This document shows, piece by piece, positions 1 to 9,636 of a DNA stretch of 64,000 bases (its first letter is position 1; each line of letters starts with the position of its first letter). Below the pieces are notes generated by a model. It was not told the DNA's origin. It ran no database searches and saw only the letters and a list, made by a program, of their open reading frames with translations. The stretch comes from Bacilli bacterium (GTDB taxonomy: Bacteria > Bacillota_I > Bacilli_A > ML615J-28 > CAG-698). Position numbers and translations under genes: made by a program. The DNA lies in NCBI GenBank assembly GCA_918272565.1, contig CAKJYW010000002.1, forward strand, positions 44,266 to 108,265, given 5' to 3'.

Positions 1-90
1 TTGTATCATACCAAAATCATTTTCGCAACAACAATAAATATAACAAAAAAATCTAGAGAAATATCTCTAGATAATTTTTTGTTTTCTTTA

Positions 91-2361
91 TCATTTTGTA
101 TATTCTACGCTTATTTTTGCACCTTCCAGAGTTATACTACTTACTGTCATAACAAAGCCTAGCTCACTGATATATAAAGTGTCTCCAACTTGGAATAAAT
201 CCGTAGAATCAGTAATTAATGTTTTATCGATATCGTTAGTTCCTGCGCAAACTAATTCTATTAATCTCTTATCTTTTCCGCCATTATTGTAATTATAGAT
301 TTCTCCAATAGTAGTGTAATCTACAAATGGTTTTAAAACTGATACAACATGATAAACTTGTACACCACTAATTCCATATATTCCGCATTCTAAATCTTTT
401 TTATATTCGTTTAATCCAGTTGGAGTATAGTAAGTTATAATATAGAATTCATCAAAATAAGATTTATTATCGATTCTAGCAATAAATAAGCTATCGCCAG
501 TTGATGCAAATGGTTTTAACGTTATTTCATAATCTTGGTTAAATAAAATAGTAGGGTTAGTCCAACCTAGAATGGCTTTACTAAATGGATCTAGGTCTCC
601 TTGATTAGAGTCCATCATTGATGATCTACCTAGTCCTCCTAAAGGATTCTTTATATTTACTGTATCGTAATAATCATCTAACCCTAAAGCGTGACCACTT
701 TCATGAATGATTACTTCAGCGTTAGCATCTACATAAACATCTTTACTATCATCATCTGAATCATAAATTGGACGAGATAAGAATTCAATGCTAAACCAAA
801 CAAATGCATCGAGTGTTAATCCGTCATAGATATGACTATTATCTAGATAGTAATAATAATTATAAGCCCACCAAAGCTTAGAATCTTGATTATATGGAGC
901 TAGATACACTAAATAGATAGAGTCCAATGCCCCATCGTTATTAGAATCATATTTAGAAAAATCAAATCCAATACTATCATAATAATCTAGAGCACTAACT
1001 AAGCACCAAAAATCATAATAATCTTTTAACTCTTTTTGTTTAAATGGGTCAGTTTCCCACTCTGGATCATAGTCTACTCCCATATTATATGGAGCTAAAA
1101 CATTGGCACTAATATTTAGCTTACCAAATGAAGCATCTAAATAATAACTATTAAGTGAATTCCATCCTGTTTCTTCTTTTGTTCCATTAAAGGCTTTTTC
1201 AATGATAGATAAGTCATAATCTTTACTATTAGTAAAAGCAATCGGAATAACTAATACTTCGATATCTCCACTTGATGCAAGGCCTTTGCTTAATTGAATA
1301 TCACTTGCTACATCATCAAGGGTATCATAGCTTGCTTTTTCTATTACTTCACCAGCCTCTGGTCCCTGTGGTGTATAGTCAATCAAATTAGAAAAGACAA
1401 ATTCGATTAAAGTATCAGTAGTAATATCAAATGTTATTTCATAGCCTTCACCAACTTTTTTGGCCTCTACTATCTCACCATTAAACAACAAAGATACACT
1501 ATAATAATATTTATAATCTCCTTTAAAAACAAAAGCAACTCTTACAAAGCTTCCTTCTTCAACAAAAAGATCTGGTCCTTTAGCAATTCCTTCATTGACA
1601 TTAATGAAATAATATAGATATTCATCATTACTGTTAATTATTAATTCATATTTCTTAATTTCATGATAAACACTAAATTCATATTCTTTAGTACTAGTCT
1701 TTCCATTAAATGAAAATGTAGCTTTTAATTTAACTTTTACTTCTTCCTCTTGAGGAGTAACTAATACTTTAGTATTATCGCTATTTAATTTAATAATGTC
1801 TAAATAAGCACTATCTACGCTCCAACTAATACTAGCTTTAAGCCCGTAATAATCTGCTATAGTCGCAAGATCAACATCTTCATAGATAGTTTTACCAGCA
1901 AGTTCAAACTTAAAGCTTTTTGCAAAGTCATCTGCACTAACTAAAACCTCTTGGTGTGCCTCACACACTGAGCAAGTGTAAAATAGTGATGCCTCAGTTT
2001 TTCCAGTTAAATCCCATATGTGACTAGCTTTTTCAATAATTTCTCCACAGTGGCATTCTTTATAATGATTAGCTTCATCGTGCTTAAGTTCATAGATATG
2101 CTTATAGTGACCTAGATTAGTTTCAGTTTCACTATTAAACTTAACAATTAAATCACCGTTATCATCTAAATATAAATCTATTATCTCTTGGTCTTTGTTA
2201 GCATCAAGAGCACTAACCCACTCTTCGTAAGATTTTTCATATCCTAGTCCTATAGCTGTATTGTAAAACTCGGCAAATGAAGCAGGTTTTTCTTCTTTTT
2301 GCTTAGAGCAACTACATAACATTAATAAAAGTGTAATTAATAATAATATATGTTTTTTCAC
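91..2361 (-). CDS. Secreted lipoprotein zinc metalloprotease, InhA/M6-like (HExxH zincin)
   Basis: N-terminal lipobox signal MKKHILLLITLLLMLCSCS. Zincin motif VIIHESGHALGLDDYYD resembles the M6 immune-inhibitor-A HEFGHDLGLPDEYD motif. 756 aa. Confidence 0.55.
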   Translation of the reverse strand: MKKHILLLITLLLMLCSCSKQKEEKPASFAEFYNTAIGLGYEKSYEEWVSALDANKDQEIIDLYLDDNGDLIVKFNSETETNLGHYKHIYELKHDEANHYKECHCGEIIEKASHIWDLTGKTEASLFYTCSVCEAHQEVLVSADDFAKSFKFELAGKTIYEDVDLATIADYYGLKASISWSVDSAYLDIIKLNSDNTKVLVTPQEEEVKVKLKATFSFNGKTSTKEYEFSVYHEIKKYELIINSNDEYLYYFINVNEGIAKGPDLFVEEGSFVRVAFVFKGDYKYYYSVSLLFNGEIVEAKKVGEGYEITFDITTDTLIEFVFSNLIDYTPQGPEAGEVIEKASYDTLDDVASDIQLSKGLASSGDIEVLVIPIAFTNSKDYDLSIIEKAFNGTKEETGWNSLNSYYLDASFGKLNISANVLAPYNMGVDYDPEWETDPFKQKELKDYYDFWCLVSALDYYDSIGFDFSKYDSNNDGALDSIYLVYLAPYNQDSKLWWAYNYYYYLDNSHIYDGLTLDAFVWFSIEFLSRPIYDSDDDSKDVYVDANAEVIIHESGHALGLDDYYDTVNIKNPLGGLGRSSMMDSNQGDLDPFSKAILGWTNPTILFNQDYEITLKPFASTGDSLFIARIDNKSYFDEFYIITYYTPTGLNEYKKDLECGIYGISGVQVYHVVSVLKPFVDYTTIGEIYNYNNGGKDKRLIELVCAGTNDIDKTLITDSTDLFQVGDTLYISELGFVMTVSSITLEGAKISVEYTK

Positions 2362-2444
2362 ACTTAATTACCTCTAAAATTTATTTTATCATAATATCGA
2401 TGGACCACCTAAAAACGAATCTGATTGGTAAAATAATACTATAG

Positions 2445-2545
2445 TTTCACTTTTCCTCTTTAAATTTCACCTTTTTGAGGATTTAAAAGATTATTAATTT
2501 CACCTTTTTACAAGTATTTTTGAATAATTATTTTCACCTTTTTCG
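2445..2545. promoter_or_regulatory. Four direct copies of TTTCAC(C)TTTT(T) upstream of the metalloprotease gene
   Basis: Copies start at ~2445, 2466, 2498 and 2532 (spacings 21, 32, 34 bp), just upstream of the promoter/RBS region of the minus-strand gene ending at 2361. Confidence 0.3.
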
Positions 2546-2714
2546 CTTAAATTGCTCACAATGAAACATTATAATATATTGTTTCACCAGTTTGTCGGGA
2601 ATTCTTTGTTCTCGATTAACTGCCCATTTAGAAAGAGCAATTGGACGACGCTCTCGACGATGCAATCAAAGATGCGCAGTCTAGGGAATAAGTTTGCAGT
2701 TTTAAGCCCATTTA

Positions 2715-3227
2715 TTACAAGCTTTTTGCAATTATTTCTTTAACTATTTCTTCTGGTGTTCTATTTACAGTATTAATGTGTGTTGCATTTAAATCATTGT
2801 TTTGTGCTTCAATACACATTTTAACATTTTTCATACACCAGGCTTCTTCACTTTCTCCTCTTTTTAGAATTCTATCATGAATAGTTTGATAGTCTCCATC
2901 CAAAAAGAAATAGCCAACTTTGATATTATCATCTTTTAATTTCTTAATAATATCATTATAAGATTCTTTTCTAACTAATGTCATTGGTACTACTATATCA
3001 CCATCATATTTGCTAGAAATATCTTTTAATAATTCATAATTATATTTTCTCCATAATTCATAATCTTCAAATATATAGCTGAATATTAATTCTTGTGGAT
3101 GATTATCCCTCACAGCGTTACCTACTGCCTCAGGATCAAATATATATGCTTTCTTTAATTTTTTAACTAAAGCTTCGGCTATAGTTGTTTTACCAACACC
3201 ATAACTTCCATTAATCCAATAAATCAT
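2715..3227 (-). CDS. tmrB: TmrB-like ATP-binding protein (tunicamycin-resistance / AAA_33 P-loop kinase family)
   Basis: N-terminus MIYWINGSYGVGKTT matches B. subtilis TmrB (MIIWINGAFGSGKT) and shows colinear similarity throughout. 170 aa. Confidence 0.6.
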   Translation of the reverse strand: MIYWINGSYGVGKTTIAEALVKKLKKAYIFDPEAVGNAVRDNHPQELIFSYIFEDYELWRKYNYELLKDISSKYDGDIVVPMTLVRKESYNDIIKKLKDDNIKVGYFFLDGDYQTIHDRILKRGESEEAWCMKNVKMCIEAQNNDLNATHINTVNRTPEEIVKEIIAKSL

Positions 3228-3300
3228 TTTTGTTCCTCATTTTATCTTATCATTTATCTTATCACTTTCTAATTTAATATGATAAGATATCTCATGTTAT

Positions 3301-4608
3301 CTATTTTATAAACCTCAATAAAAAGTCTGCTATTCCTATCACAGTAAAACCATTTAAATCTAATGACTCTTCTAGTGGCTTATTAATTACGATTATTTTT
3401 TGAATTGAATCTTTTAACGCAAAGAAAGGTTTAAGTTCCCTTGCTTTAGTTTCTGCATTTGAGATGTCGCTAGCAACTTGTATGTAGTATTTTTTTATTC
3501 CACGTTGTGCCACAAAATCAATTTCATATGTATTTCTAACACTTTCGCCATTTTTATTTTTTTCATATTTTTCAAATGTTCCTACATTAACAGTATAACC
3601 ATTGTAAAGCAATTCATTATATACCATATTTTCAAGCATTTGTCCTTCATCATCATAAGCAAAATTAAGTCTTGCGTTTCTCAAGCCATTATCAACAAAG
3701 AAATACTTTCTTAGAGCTCCAATTTCATTATTTCCTTTTACATCATAACGTGTTGCTTCTCTTAAAATAAATGCATCAATAAAATAATCAATATATTTTT
3801 TTACAGTGTCTTTATCTATGCTGTCTTTTGTCACGCTCTTATATGTATCAGCTATTTTTTGCGAATTAAAGAGTTGTCCTGTACCTTCACTTATAATATT
3901 ACATAGTGAATCAAGAGCTTCTGTTTTTTCTAATTTATTATGCTCTAAAATGTCTTTAAAATATGTTGTTTCAAATAATCCCTTTAAGTAATCTTTTTTA
4001 TCATTAATATCTTTTAATACTGCAAGAGGCATACCTCCATATCTCATATATTCAAATACAGTATCAGAAGATCTACTATTTTTATAATTTGAAAATTCTT
4101 CAAAAGAGAGTGGATATAAAGAAATATTTGTTGCTTTATCCCTAAATTCTGTAATTACATCAGATGATAACATCTTAGAGTTAGAGCCAGTAGCATATAA
4201 ATCAATATATTTTTCTCTAGATAAACCTAATACTACTTCTACAAAAGAAATAACATCTTTATCGTCTTCTTTAGCAATAACATATTCTCCATTTGTAAAA
4301 ATTGGATTAACAATTGTTGTTACTAGTTGTACCTCATCTATAAACACATAATTAATTGTATTAACATTACATTTATTCCTTATATATTTATCTAGTTCTA
4401 TTGGATTTCTATATTTTGCATTCTTTAAATCATCAAGCTCAACAATTATAATATTGTCTTCTGATACACCCTCACCTAGCAAATGCTTTTTAAATATTTC
4501 TTTTAACAAGTATGATTTTCCACATCTTCGTACACCTGTTATTATTTTTGGAAAACCGTTCCCTTTTGATGAAATCAATTTAGATAAATAAACATTTCTT
4601 TCAATCAT
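3301..4608 (-). CDS. AAA+ ATPase of the AAA_14/DUF4143 (COG1373) family
   Basis: Walker A GVRRCGKSYLLKE near the N-terminus; 435 aa, the typical length and architecture of archaeal-type COG1373 ATPases. Confidence 0.55.
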   Translation of the reverse strand: MIERNVYLSKLISSKGNGFPKIITGVRRCGKSYLLKEIFKKHLLGEGVSEDNIIIVELDDLKNAKYRNPIELDKYIRNKCNVNTINYVFIDEVQLVTTIVNPIFTNGEYVIAKEDDKDVISFVEVVLGLSREKYIDLYATGSNSKMLSSDVITEFRDKATNISLYPLSFEEFSNYKNSRSSDTVFEYMRYGGMPLAVLKDINDKKDYLKGLFETTYFKDILEHNKLEKTEALDSLCNIISEGTGQLFNSQKIADTYKSVTKDSIDKDTVKKYIDYFIDAFILREATRYDVKGNNEIGALRKYFFVDNGLRNARLNFAYDDEGQMLENMVYNELLYNGYTVNVGTFEKYEKNKNGESVRNTYEIDFVAQRGIKKYYIQVASDISNAETKARELKPFFALKDSIQKIIVINKPLEESLDLNGFTVIGIADFLLRFIK

Positions 4609-4619
4609 GTGCTTTCTCC

Positions 4620-4724
4620 TTTTTCATAGAATTCTATGTTTTTTTCGATTATAGTTTAACATTTTTAATATATATTGTCAATTTTTGTAATGCTTTTTTT
4701 CATAGAATTCTATGTTTTTTTCGG
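4620..4724. promoter_or_regulatory. Duplicated 28-nt element containing the perfect 14-bp palindrome CATAGAATTCTATG (putative operator)
   Basis: TTTTTCATAGAATTCTATGTTTTTTTCG occurs at ~4620-4647 and ~4696-4724, immediately upstream of the ATPase gene that starts at 4608 on the minus strand. Confidence 0.4.
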
Positions 4725-5133
4725 TTGTATTAAATTTGTTCAACTGCAATAGAAAGAATTAAAATACTTATCACGAAATTTTTTATACTTAAATTGAATA
4801 CTGATGCATTAAAAAAAGCCTAAAATTTTGTTCTTTAGGCTTCATAAATTTGAACTATTCTTTTTCTGTTACGTTATAAATCTTTTCTTTATTACTTTGT
4901 AATAAAGTAGTTTATTTCCGAAGGCTCTTATCGGTTTTGACAAGACAACAAACTGCCTCAAGTGGCGACCAATACTTCTGGTCAACTAGGCAAATCACAA
5001 AGAACATATTATTTCAACATGCTACCAACGAGCGAACCCAACTGGGAAATGATAAAATGATTAATACGCAACAAATCTATTGTATTCCACAAGGCCTAAA
5101 TTCCATAGTGTTCTTTTTTAAAAAATGTTACTC

Positions 5134-6486
5134 TTATATATCCGTTTTTCCAATTGCAAACGTTAAATAATGAGGAATCGTTATGATATCACCTGTTTCA
5201 GAAATATTATAATCGCCTATCTTAATCAACTTAGTTTTACCATAGTGGTTAGGATTATTCATAACTTGTTTACTTGATTTCGCATTACCTGTTTTTGATT
5301 TAGCTTCAACTAAAGTAGAAAATCCTTTATATGAAATAACAAAATCAATTTTTAGGCCACTATCTTTTCCAAAATAATATAGCGGTACTCCTGCCTTATA
5401 TAATGAATCAGCAACAACTGCCTCAAACAAATAGCCCTTGTTCATTCCTAGATTATCTTGTAAAATTCCTTGAATTACGTCAAATCCTAAAGTGTTTATC
5501 ATAATTCCAATATCGCCATAGAAAAGTTTATAATCCGAGGCAATCTTACGTATACCTAATGGTAAAGAAGGAACTTCAACATTATAAGCTTTAAAGGCAA
5601 TCGATGCATTTACTAAATAATTAATAGCATCATCTCTTTGATAACTATTACCACTTATTTTTGATGTTACAAATCTATGATTATTATTAACAATAAATGA
5701 AGCAATCAAATCAAATGCTTTTTGTATTCGCATTATCTCTGTGGTTGTATAAAGCGGTTTTCCTTGAGAATCTAATCTTTTTGACGGATCACCTTTAATA
5801 TCAATCACAAGACTATTAACCTTTTTAAATACTTCAGAAAAACTGTTTGTTTGTATAAATTTCAAAACAACTTCAGGATACCCCCCAACACAAACATATT
5901 CTTTAAATAATTGTTTCATTTTATTATGAATTGTTTCTGGTACAGGTATTTTGTTTTCAAAACATTCTAATAAGTTATTTATATGCTCATCATTATAGCC
6001 AAGTGCCCATAAAAACTCTTCAAAATCCATTGTTTTCATTTCAATAAAATCTTCAGAGCCATTTGGTTTTGGAACACCATGACTATTATCTATATTAAGC
6101 CCAACATATGAACCACTTGAAATAACTTCAAATCTTCCATCTTCTTTAAAACTTTTAAATGCAAGTCTAGCTTTCGGACAGTCTTGTATTTCATCGAGAA
6201 TTAATACTGTTTCGTTTGGAACAAATTTAAAAGAAGGGAATAATGCAGATAAAGATTTTAGTATTTCATCAACCTCTAAAGAATCATCAAAAGCTGATAC
6301 AGCATTAGGTGTTTTCCAAAAATCTATTAAATTAACATATTTAAAATTGTTTTTAGCAAACTGCTTTATGCTTTCGCTTTTTCCACATTGTCTTATTCCA
6401 TAAACAAGAGCAGGAGAATGACCTTTACTTTTAAACCAAATTTCTAATTGTTCATCTATTTTTCTTTTAAAGTAAACTTTTTCCAT
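5134..6486 (-). CDS. AAA+ ATPase of the AAA_14/DUF4143 (COG1373) family, second diverged copy
   Basis: Walker A GIRQCGKSESIKQF; 450 aa; same architecture as the 3301..4608 gene but low identity to it. Confidence 0.55.
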   Translation of the reverse strand: MEKVYFKRKIDEQLEIWFKSKGHSPALVYGIRQCGKSESIKQFAKNNFKYVNLIDFWKTPNAVSAFDDSLEVDEILKSLSALFPSFKFVPNETVLILDEIQDCPKARLAFKSFKEDGRFEVISSGSYVGLNIDNSHGVPKPNGSEDFIEMKTMDFEEFLWALGYNDEHINNLLECFENKIPVPETIHNKMKQLFKEYVCVGGYPEVVLKFIQTNSFSEVFKKVNSLVIDIKGDPSKRLDSQGKPLYTTTEIMRIQKAFDLIASFIVNNNHRFVTSKISGNSYQRDDAINYLVNASIAFKAYNVEVPSLPLGIRKIASDYKLFYGDIGIMINTLGFDVIQGILQDNLGMNKGYLFEAVVADSLYKAGVPLYYFGKDSGLKIDFVISYKGFSTLVEAKSKTGNAKSSKQVMNNPNHYGKTKLIKIGDYNISETGDIITIPHYLTFAIGKTDI

Positions 6487-6541
6487 AAATAATTCCTTCC
6501 AGCAATTATAATATCAAATAATGTGTAATTAGTAAATATAT

Positions 6542-6595
6542 TTGCACCAATTTCATAGCGACTTTTTCCCTATTTTGCACCAATTTCATAGTGAG
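6542..6595. promoter_or_regulatory. Direct repeat TTGCACCAATTTCATAG(C/T)GA, two copies, upstream of the second ATPase gene
   Basis: Copies at ~6542-6562 and ~6575-6595, 33 bp apart, lying 60-110 bp upstream of the start at 6486 (minus strand). Confidence 0.3.
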
Positions 6596-6711
6596 TTTTT
6601 ATAATAATCACACCAAATAATTATTAATAAAAAAAGTTGAACAATTGATATGATATCTTCAAAGTAGACAGTTTCCACTTTTTATCATTATTAAAATACG
6701 TAATAGATAGC

Positions 6712-6770
6712 AATAAAAAAAGGTGAACACCCTGGGTTCGTTAAACGAACACAGCTAATGCTCACCTATA
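6712..6770 (-). terminator. Rho-independent terminator of the LRR lipoprotein gene
   Basis: On the minus strand, immediately 3' of the stop: imperfect hairpin GGTGAGCA..GTTCGTTTAACGAAC..GTTCACC followed by an 8-T run. Confidence 0.5.
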
Positions 6771-6773
6771 TCT

Positions 6774-8138
6774 TTATTCATCCATTTCAACAATGTTATC
6801 AGCGTATGCACTCCATGTTTGGTTAGCAATGTACATTTCTTTACTTCCTTTTGGAACATAGATTGTTACATTACTAGGTAGACGGAATGATGTACCCGCA
6901 ATTGAGAATGAGTTAGGGTTCTTAGCATAGATATACATCTCTGTAAGTTTAGGGCATCTTTCGAATGCTGATGCTTGAACCTTAATCTTTTCTGGAGTAG
7001 GGCTAACAGTAATTTGTACTGTTGCTTTGATTGTTGGATCACTCTTTAGAGCACAAGTGATAGTTAAGTTACCAGCCGCAACACCTCTGATTGTACCTTT
7101 ATCAGCATCTACTGCAGCTACATTACTACTATTAACACTCCAAGTAACAAGTTTACCACTTGCTTCTGTTAATTTAATGATATCACCGATGTGAATGTTT
7201 CTAGCTCCTTTAATAACAAGTCCAGATGCTGATTCAGAAGCAACTTCTGTCATGAATTCTTCAGAATATAAATCATCATCGTTAACCATGAACTTAACAG
7301 TCTTTAGACGTTTGCTACTACTGAATGCAAATTCACCAATACCAGTAACGCTTGCAGGAATGACAACTTCTCTTAATCTCTTGCTTTGGAAGAAAGCATA
7401 TTCTTCGATTGTAGTGACATTATTACCAATTGTAAGTTCTCTAATAGTACTTGCAGGATATGTGATTTGGAAAATCTTTCCAAATCTAGCAAATGCAAAT
7501 TTCTTAATTATTGTTACAGGAAGACCATCAATTTCATCAGGGATTGTAACTGTTCTCTCTCTACCTGCATAATTAACTATCGCAATATTAGAATAAGTAA
7601 CTTTATCAGTTTCAAGTTTATATGAAGGACGATATTCAAAATCTTCATATACATGTAAAGCAGTCTTTAACCACAAATCATCAGGAAGATTTCCTAATCT
7701 CTCATAATCAGGGTTAATATAAACAGTTGATGTGAAAACCCAAGGATTTTCATTTGTTTGGCTCATGTAAATATCGAATTCGATATCTTGAGCTGATCCA
7801 CTTTGAGTTACAGTAGCAGTAACGTGAGCACTATAATATAGTTGCTTTACAGCTGAAGATGAAAGGTCAGCTTCAGTTGTGAATTCAAATGTCTTTGTAG
7901 CTATCTTATCAATATCACTGAATTGATCAAAGTTTTCTTCTTTTTCTAAGTATGCTTTGTAAGTAGAAGCTCCTTCAGGGTAGTAGCAAGCAGTAATCTT
8001 TTCTCTATTTTTAGCATTTACTGCGCTAACATAATTTTCCCAAAGTTGCTTTGCACCTTCGTTTTTGTTACCACACCCACTGATTAGAGCAAGGCAAATT
8101 ATAGTCATAACTACAATAATAGTTTTTCTGAATTTCAT
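6774..8138 (-). CDS. Surface lipoprotein with BspA-type leucine-rich repeats and a Big_2 Ig-like domain
   Basis: Lipobox LALISGCGNK. LRR_5-like repeats IPDEIDGLPVTIIKKFAF...IPASVTGIGEFAF. C-terminal Big_2 segment ...TIRGVAAGNLTITCALKSDPTIKATVQITV. Confidence 0.6.
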   Translation of the reverse strand: MKFRKTIIVVMTIICLALISGCGNKNEGAKQLWENYVSAVNAKNREKITACYYPEGASTYKAYLEKEENFDQFSDIDKIATKTFEFTTEADLSSSAVKQLYYSAHVTATVTQSGSAQDIEFDIYMSQTNENPWVFTSTVYINPDYERLGNLPDDLWLKTALHVYEDFEYRPSYKLETDKVTYSNIAIVNYAGRERTVTIPDEIDGLPVTIIKKFAFARFGKIFQITYPASTIRELTIGNNVTTIEEYAFFQSKRLREVVIPASVTGIGEFAFSSSKRLKTVKFMVNDDDLYSEEFMTEVASESASGLVIKGARNIHIGDIIKLTEASGKLVTWSVNSSNVAAVDADKGTIRGVAAGNLTITCALKSDPTIKATVQITVSPTPEKIKVQASAFERCPKLTEMYIYAKNPNSFSIAGTSFRLPSNVTIYVPKGSKEMYIANQTWSAYADNIVEMDE

Positions 8139-8221
8139 ATGTCCTCCAAAACGTGTGTTTAATAAAGATATTACAACTTATTATATATCTTTTTATAACC
8201 TTTTGCAAACCTTTTCTATTA

Positions 8222-9190
8222 TCAATTATTCTTTTTATCAATTAAATATTTAAAATAACCAGCAACCGCAATCATTGCGGCATTGTCTGTACAATATTTC
8301 ATTGAAGGGAAACTTAATTCTACGTTAGGTAGCTCAGCTTCTACTGCACTAGCTAATGCTAAGCGAAGACCTTTGTTTGCTGCAACCCCTCCAGCCACAA
8401 CAACTTGTCTTACTCCATATTCTTTAGCAGCTTTAATAGTTTTACTAACTAAAACTTTAATTACGCTGGTTTGGAATGAACAAGCTAGGTCAGCTTTATT
8501 AATTTCTTCACCTTTCATATTGCATTTATTAACAGTATTAATAACTGCACTCTTTAAACCTGATAAACTGAAATTATAGCTATCTTTATCAAGGAGTACT
8601 ACAGGAAGTTTATAGCTAGGACTACCTTCAAAGCTTAATTTATCAACCTTAGCTCCAGCAGGGTATGTTAATTCTAGGACTCTACCTACTTTATCGTAAG
8701 CTTCTCCAACCGCATCGTCCAGTGTTTCACCTAAAAGAGTAAAATCATAATGGTCTTTCATTAACCTTAGCTCAGTATGACCACCACTAACAACTAAGGC
8801 AATCATTGGGAAATTAAAATCATGCTCGATAAAGTTTGCATAAATGTGCCCAACAATATGATCAACCTCAATTAGTGGCACATGGTAAGTTAAAGCAAAA
8901 GCCTTAGCCGCATTAATTCCAACTAAAAGAGAGCCTATTAATCCGGGATGAGTAGTAACACATACTAAATCGATGTCTTCTTTTTTTACATTAGCTATTC
9001 TAAAAGCTTCTTCAAATACATATGTTATTTTTTTAACGTGGTGACGACTAGCAACTTCAGGTATTACCCCACCATAAACTTCATGGAAAGGTATTTGAGT
9101 ATAAACAGCATTTGCTAAAACCTCTTTACCATCTTTTAATATTGCTACACTAGTTTCATCACAACTACTTTCAATACCTAATACTAACAT
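8222..9190 (-). CDS. tsaD: tRNA N6-adenosine threonylcarbamoyltransferase TsaD
   Basis: MLVLGIESSCDETSVAIL N-terminus plus the HH..GH metal-binding motifs of the Kae1/TsaD family. Confidence 0.9.
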   Translation of the reverse strand: MLVLGIESSCDETSVAILKDGKEVLANAVYTQIPFHEVYGGVIPEVASRHHVKKITYVFEEAFRIANVKKEDIDLVCVTTHPGLIGSLLVGINAAKAFALTYHVPLIEVDHIVGHIYANFIEHDFNFPMIALVVSGGHTELRLMKDHYDFTLLGETLDDAVGEAYDKVGRVLELTYPAGAKVDKLSFEGSPSYKLPVVLLDKDSYNFSLSGLKSAVINTVNKCNMKGEEINKADLACSFQTSVIKVLVSKTIKAAKEYGVRQVVVAGGVAANKGLRLALASAVEAELPNVELSFPSMKYCTDNAAMIAVAGYFKYLIDKKNN

Positions 9191-9636
9191 TATTCTTCCA
9201 CCTTTTTAATTAGAACTAAAGCATCTTCACCATCTTTGTAATATCTTTCTCTTTTGTGAGAGAAAGTAAAGCCATATTCTTCATATAGTGAAATAGCTAC
9301 CTCATTAGACTCTCTAACTTCTAAGCTAATAGATTTAACACCACTCATCTTACAAAGCTCTAAATAAAACTCTAACATCATTCTACCAAAGCCTTGATGT
9401 TGGTATTTCTTACTAACATAGAAATTAACAATCTCTCCTCTTTCTCCTTCAATCCAAGTGCTAATATAACCACTTACCTTTTTATCGATATCAAGAACAA
9501 AATAATAAGCATAAGGATTAAGTTTAAGCTCGCTATAAAGCATATCGTAGCCTAAAGACTCTCCGAAGACTTCTTCTTCACCCTTAACAACTTCTTCGAT
9601 ATCATCAATGGTCATTTCTCTAATTTCGTACCTCAT
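9190..9636 (-). CDS. rimI: Ribosomal-protein-alanine N-acetyltransferase RimI (GNAT)
   Basis: GNAT motifs (QHQGFGRMML); sits in the conserved position between tsaB and tsaD. Confidence 0.75.
   Translation of the reverse strand: MRYEIREMTIDDIEEVVKGEEEVFGESLGYDMLYSELKLNPYAYYFVLDIDKKVSGYISTWIEGERGEIVNFYVSKKYQHQGFGRMMLEFYLELCKMSGVKSISLEVRESNEVAISLYEEYGFTFSHKRERYYKDGEDALVLIKKVEE

Noticed and set aside
2552-2743. 63-aa plus-strand ORF in the spacer upstream of the metalloprotease gene
   Set aside because: No RBS, no motifs. It overlaps the repeat-containing promoter region and the 3' end of the tmrB-like gene. Most likely non-coding.
3478-3991. Small plus-strand ORFs inside the first COG1373 ATPase gene (3478-3714, 3806-3991). 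The same reasoning applies to other 60-130-aa ORFs nested antisense in large genes: 7195-7625, 8283-8579, 9943-10146, 12235-12423, 17860-18075, 19000-19326, 23060-23329, 28918-29229, 31871-32065, 35824-36372, 43615-43875, 45654-45863, 46837-47301, 50400-50736, 55107-55322, 57527-57730, 59821-60224 and 61503-61751
   Set aside because: They are fully embedded in well-supported longer genes on the opposite strand or frame. Their AT-rich, low-complexity translations are typical of spurious ORFs in ~29% GC DNA.
4620-4724. Palindromic CATAGAATTCTATG elements as transposon inverted repeats
   Set aside because: Both copies are in direct orientation within 80 bp and there is no transposase gene between or near them. 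An operator function for the adjacent ATPase gene is more parsimonious.
6735-6760. GGGTTCGTTAAACGAAC segment as a tRNA T-arm fragment or integration scar
   Set aside because: It forms the stem of the terminator hairpin immediately after the lipoprotein gene's stop and is followed by a T-run. There is no acceptor-stem or CCA context.
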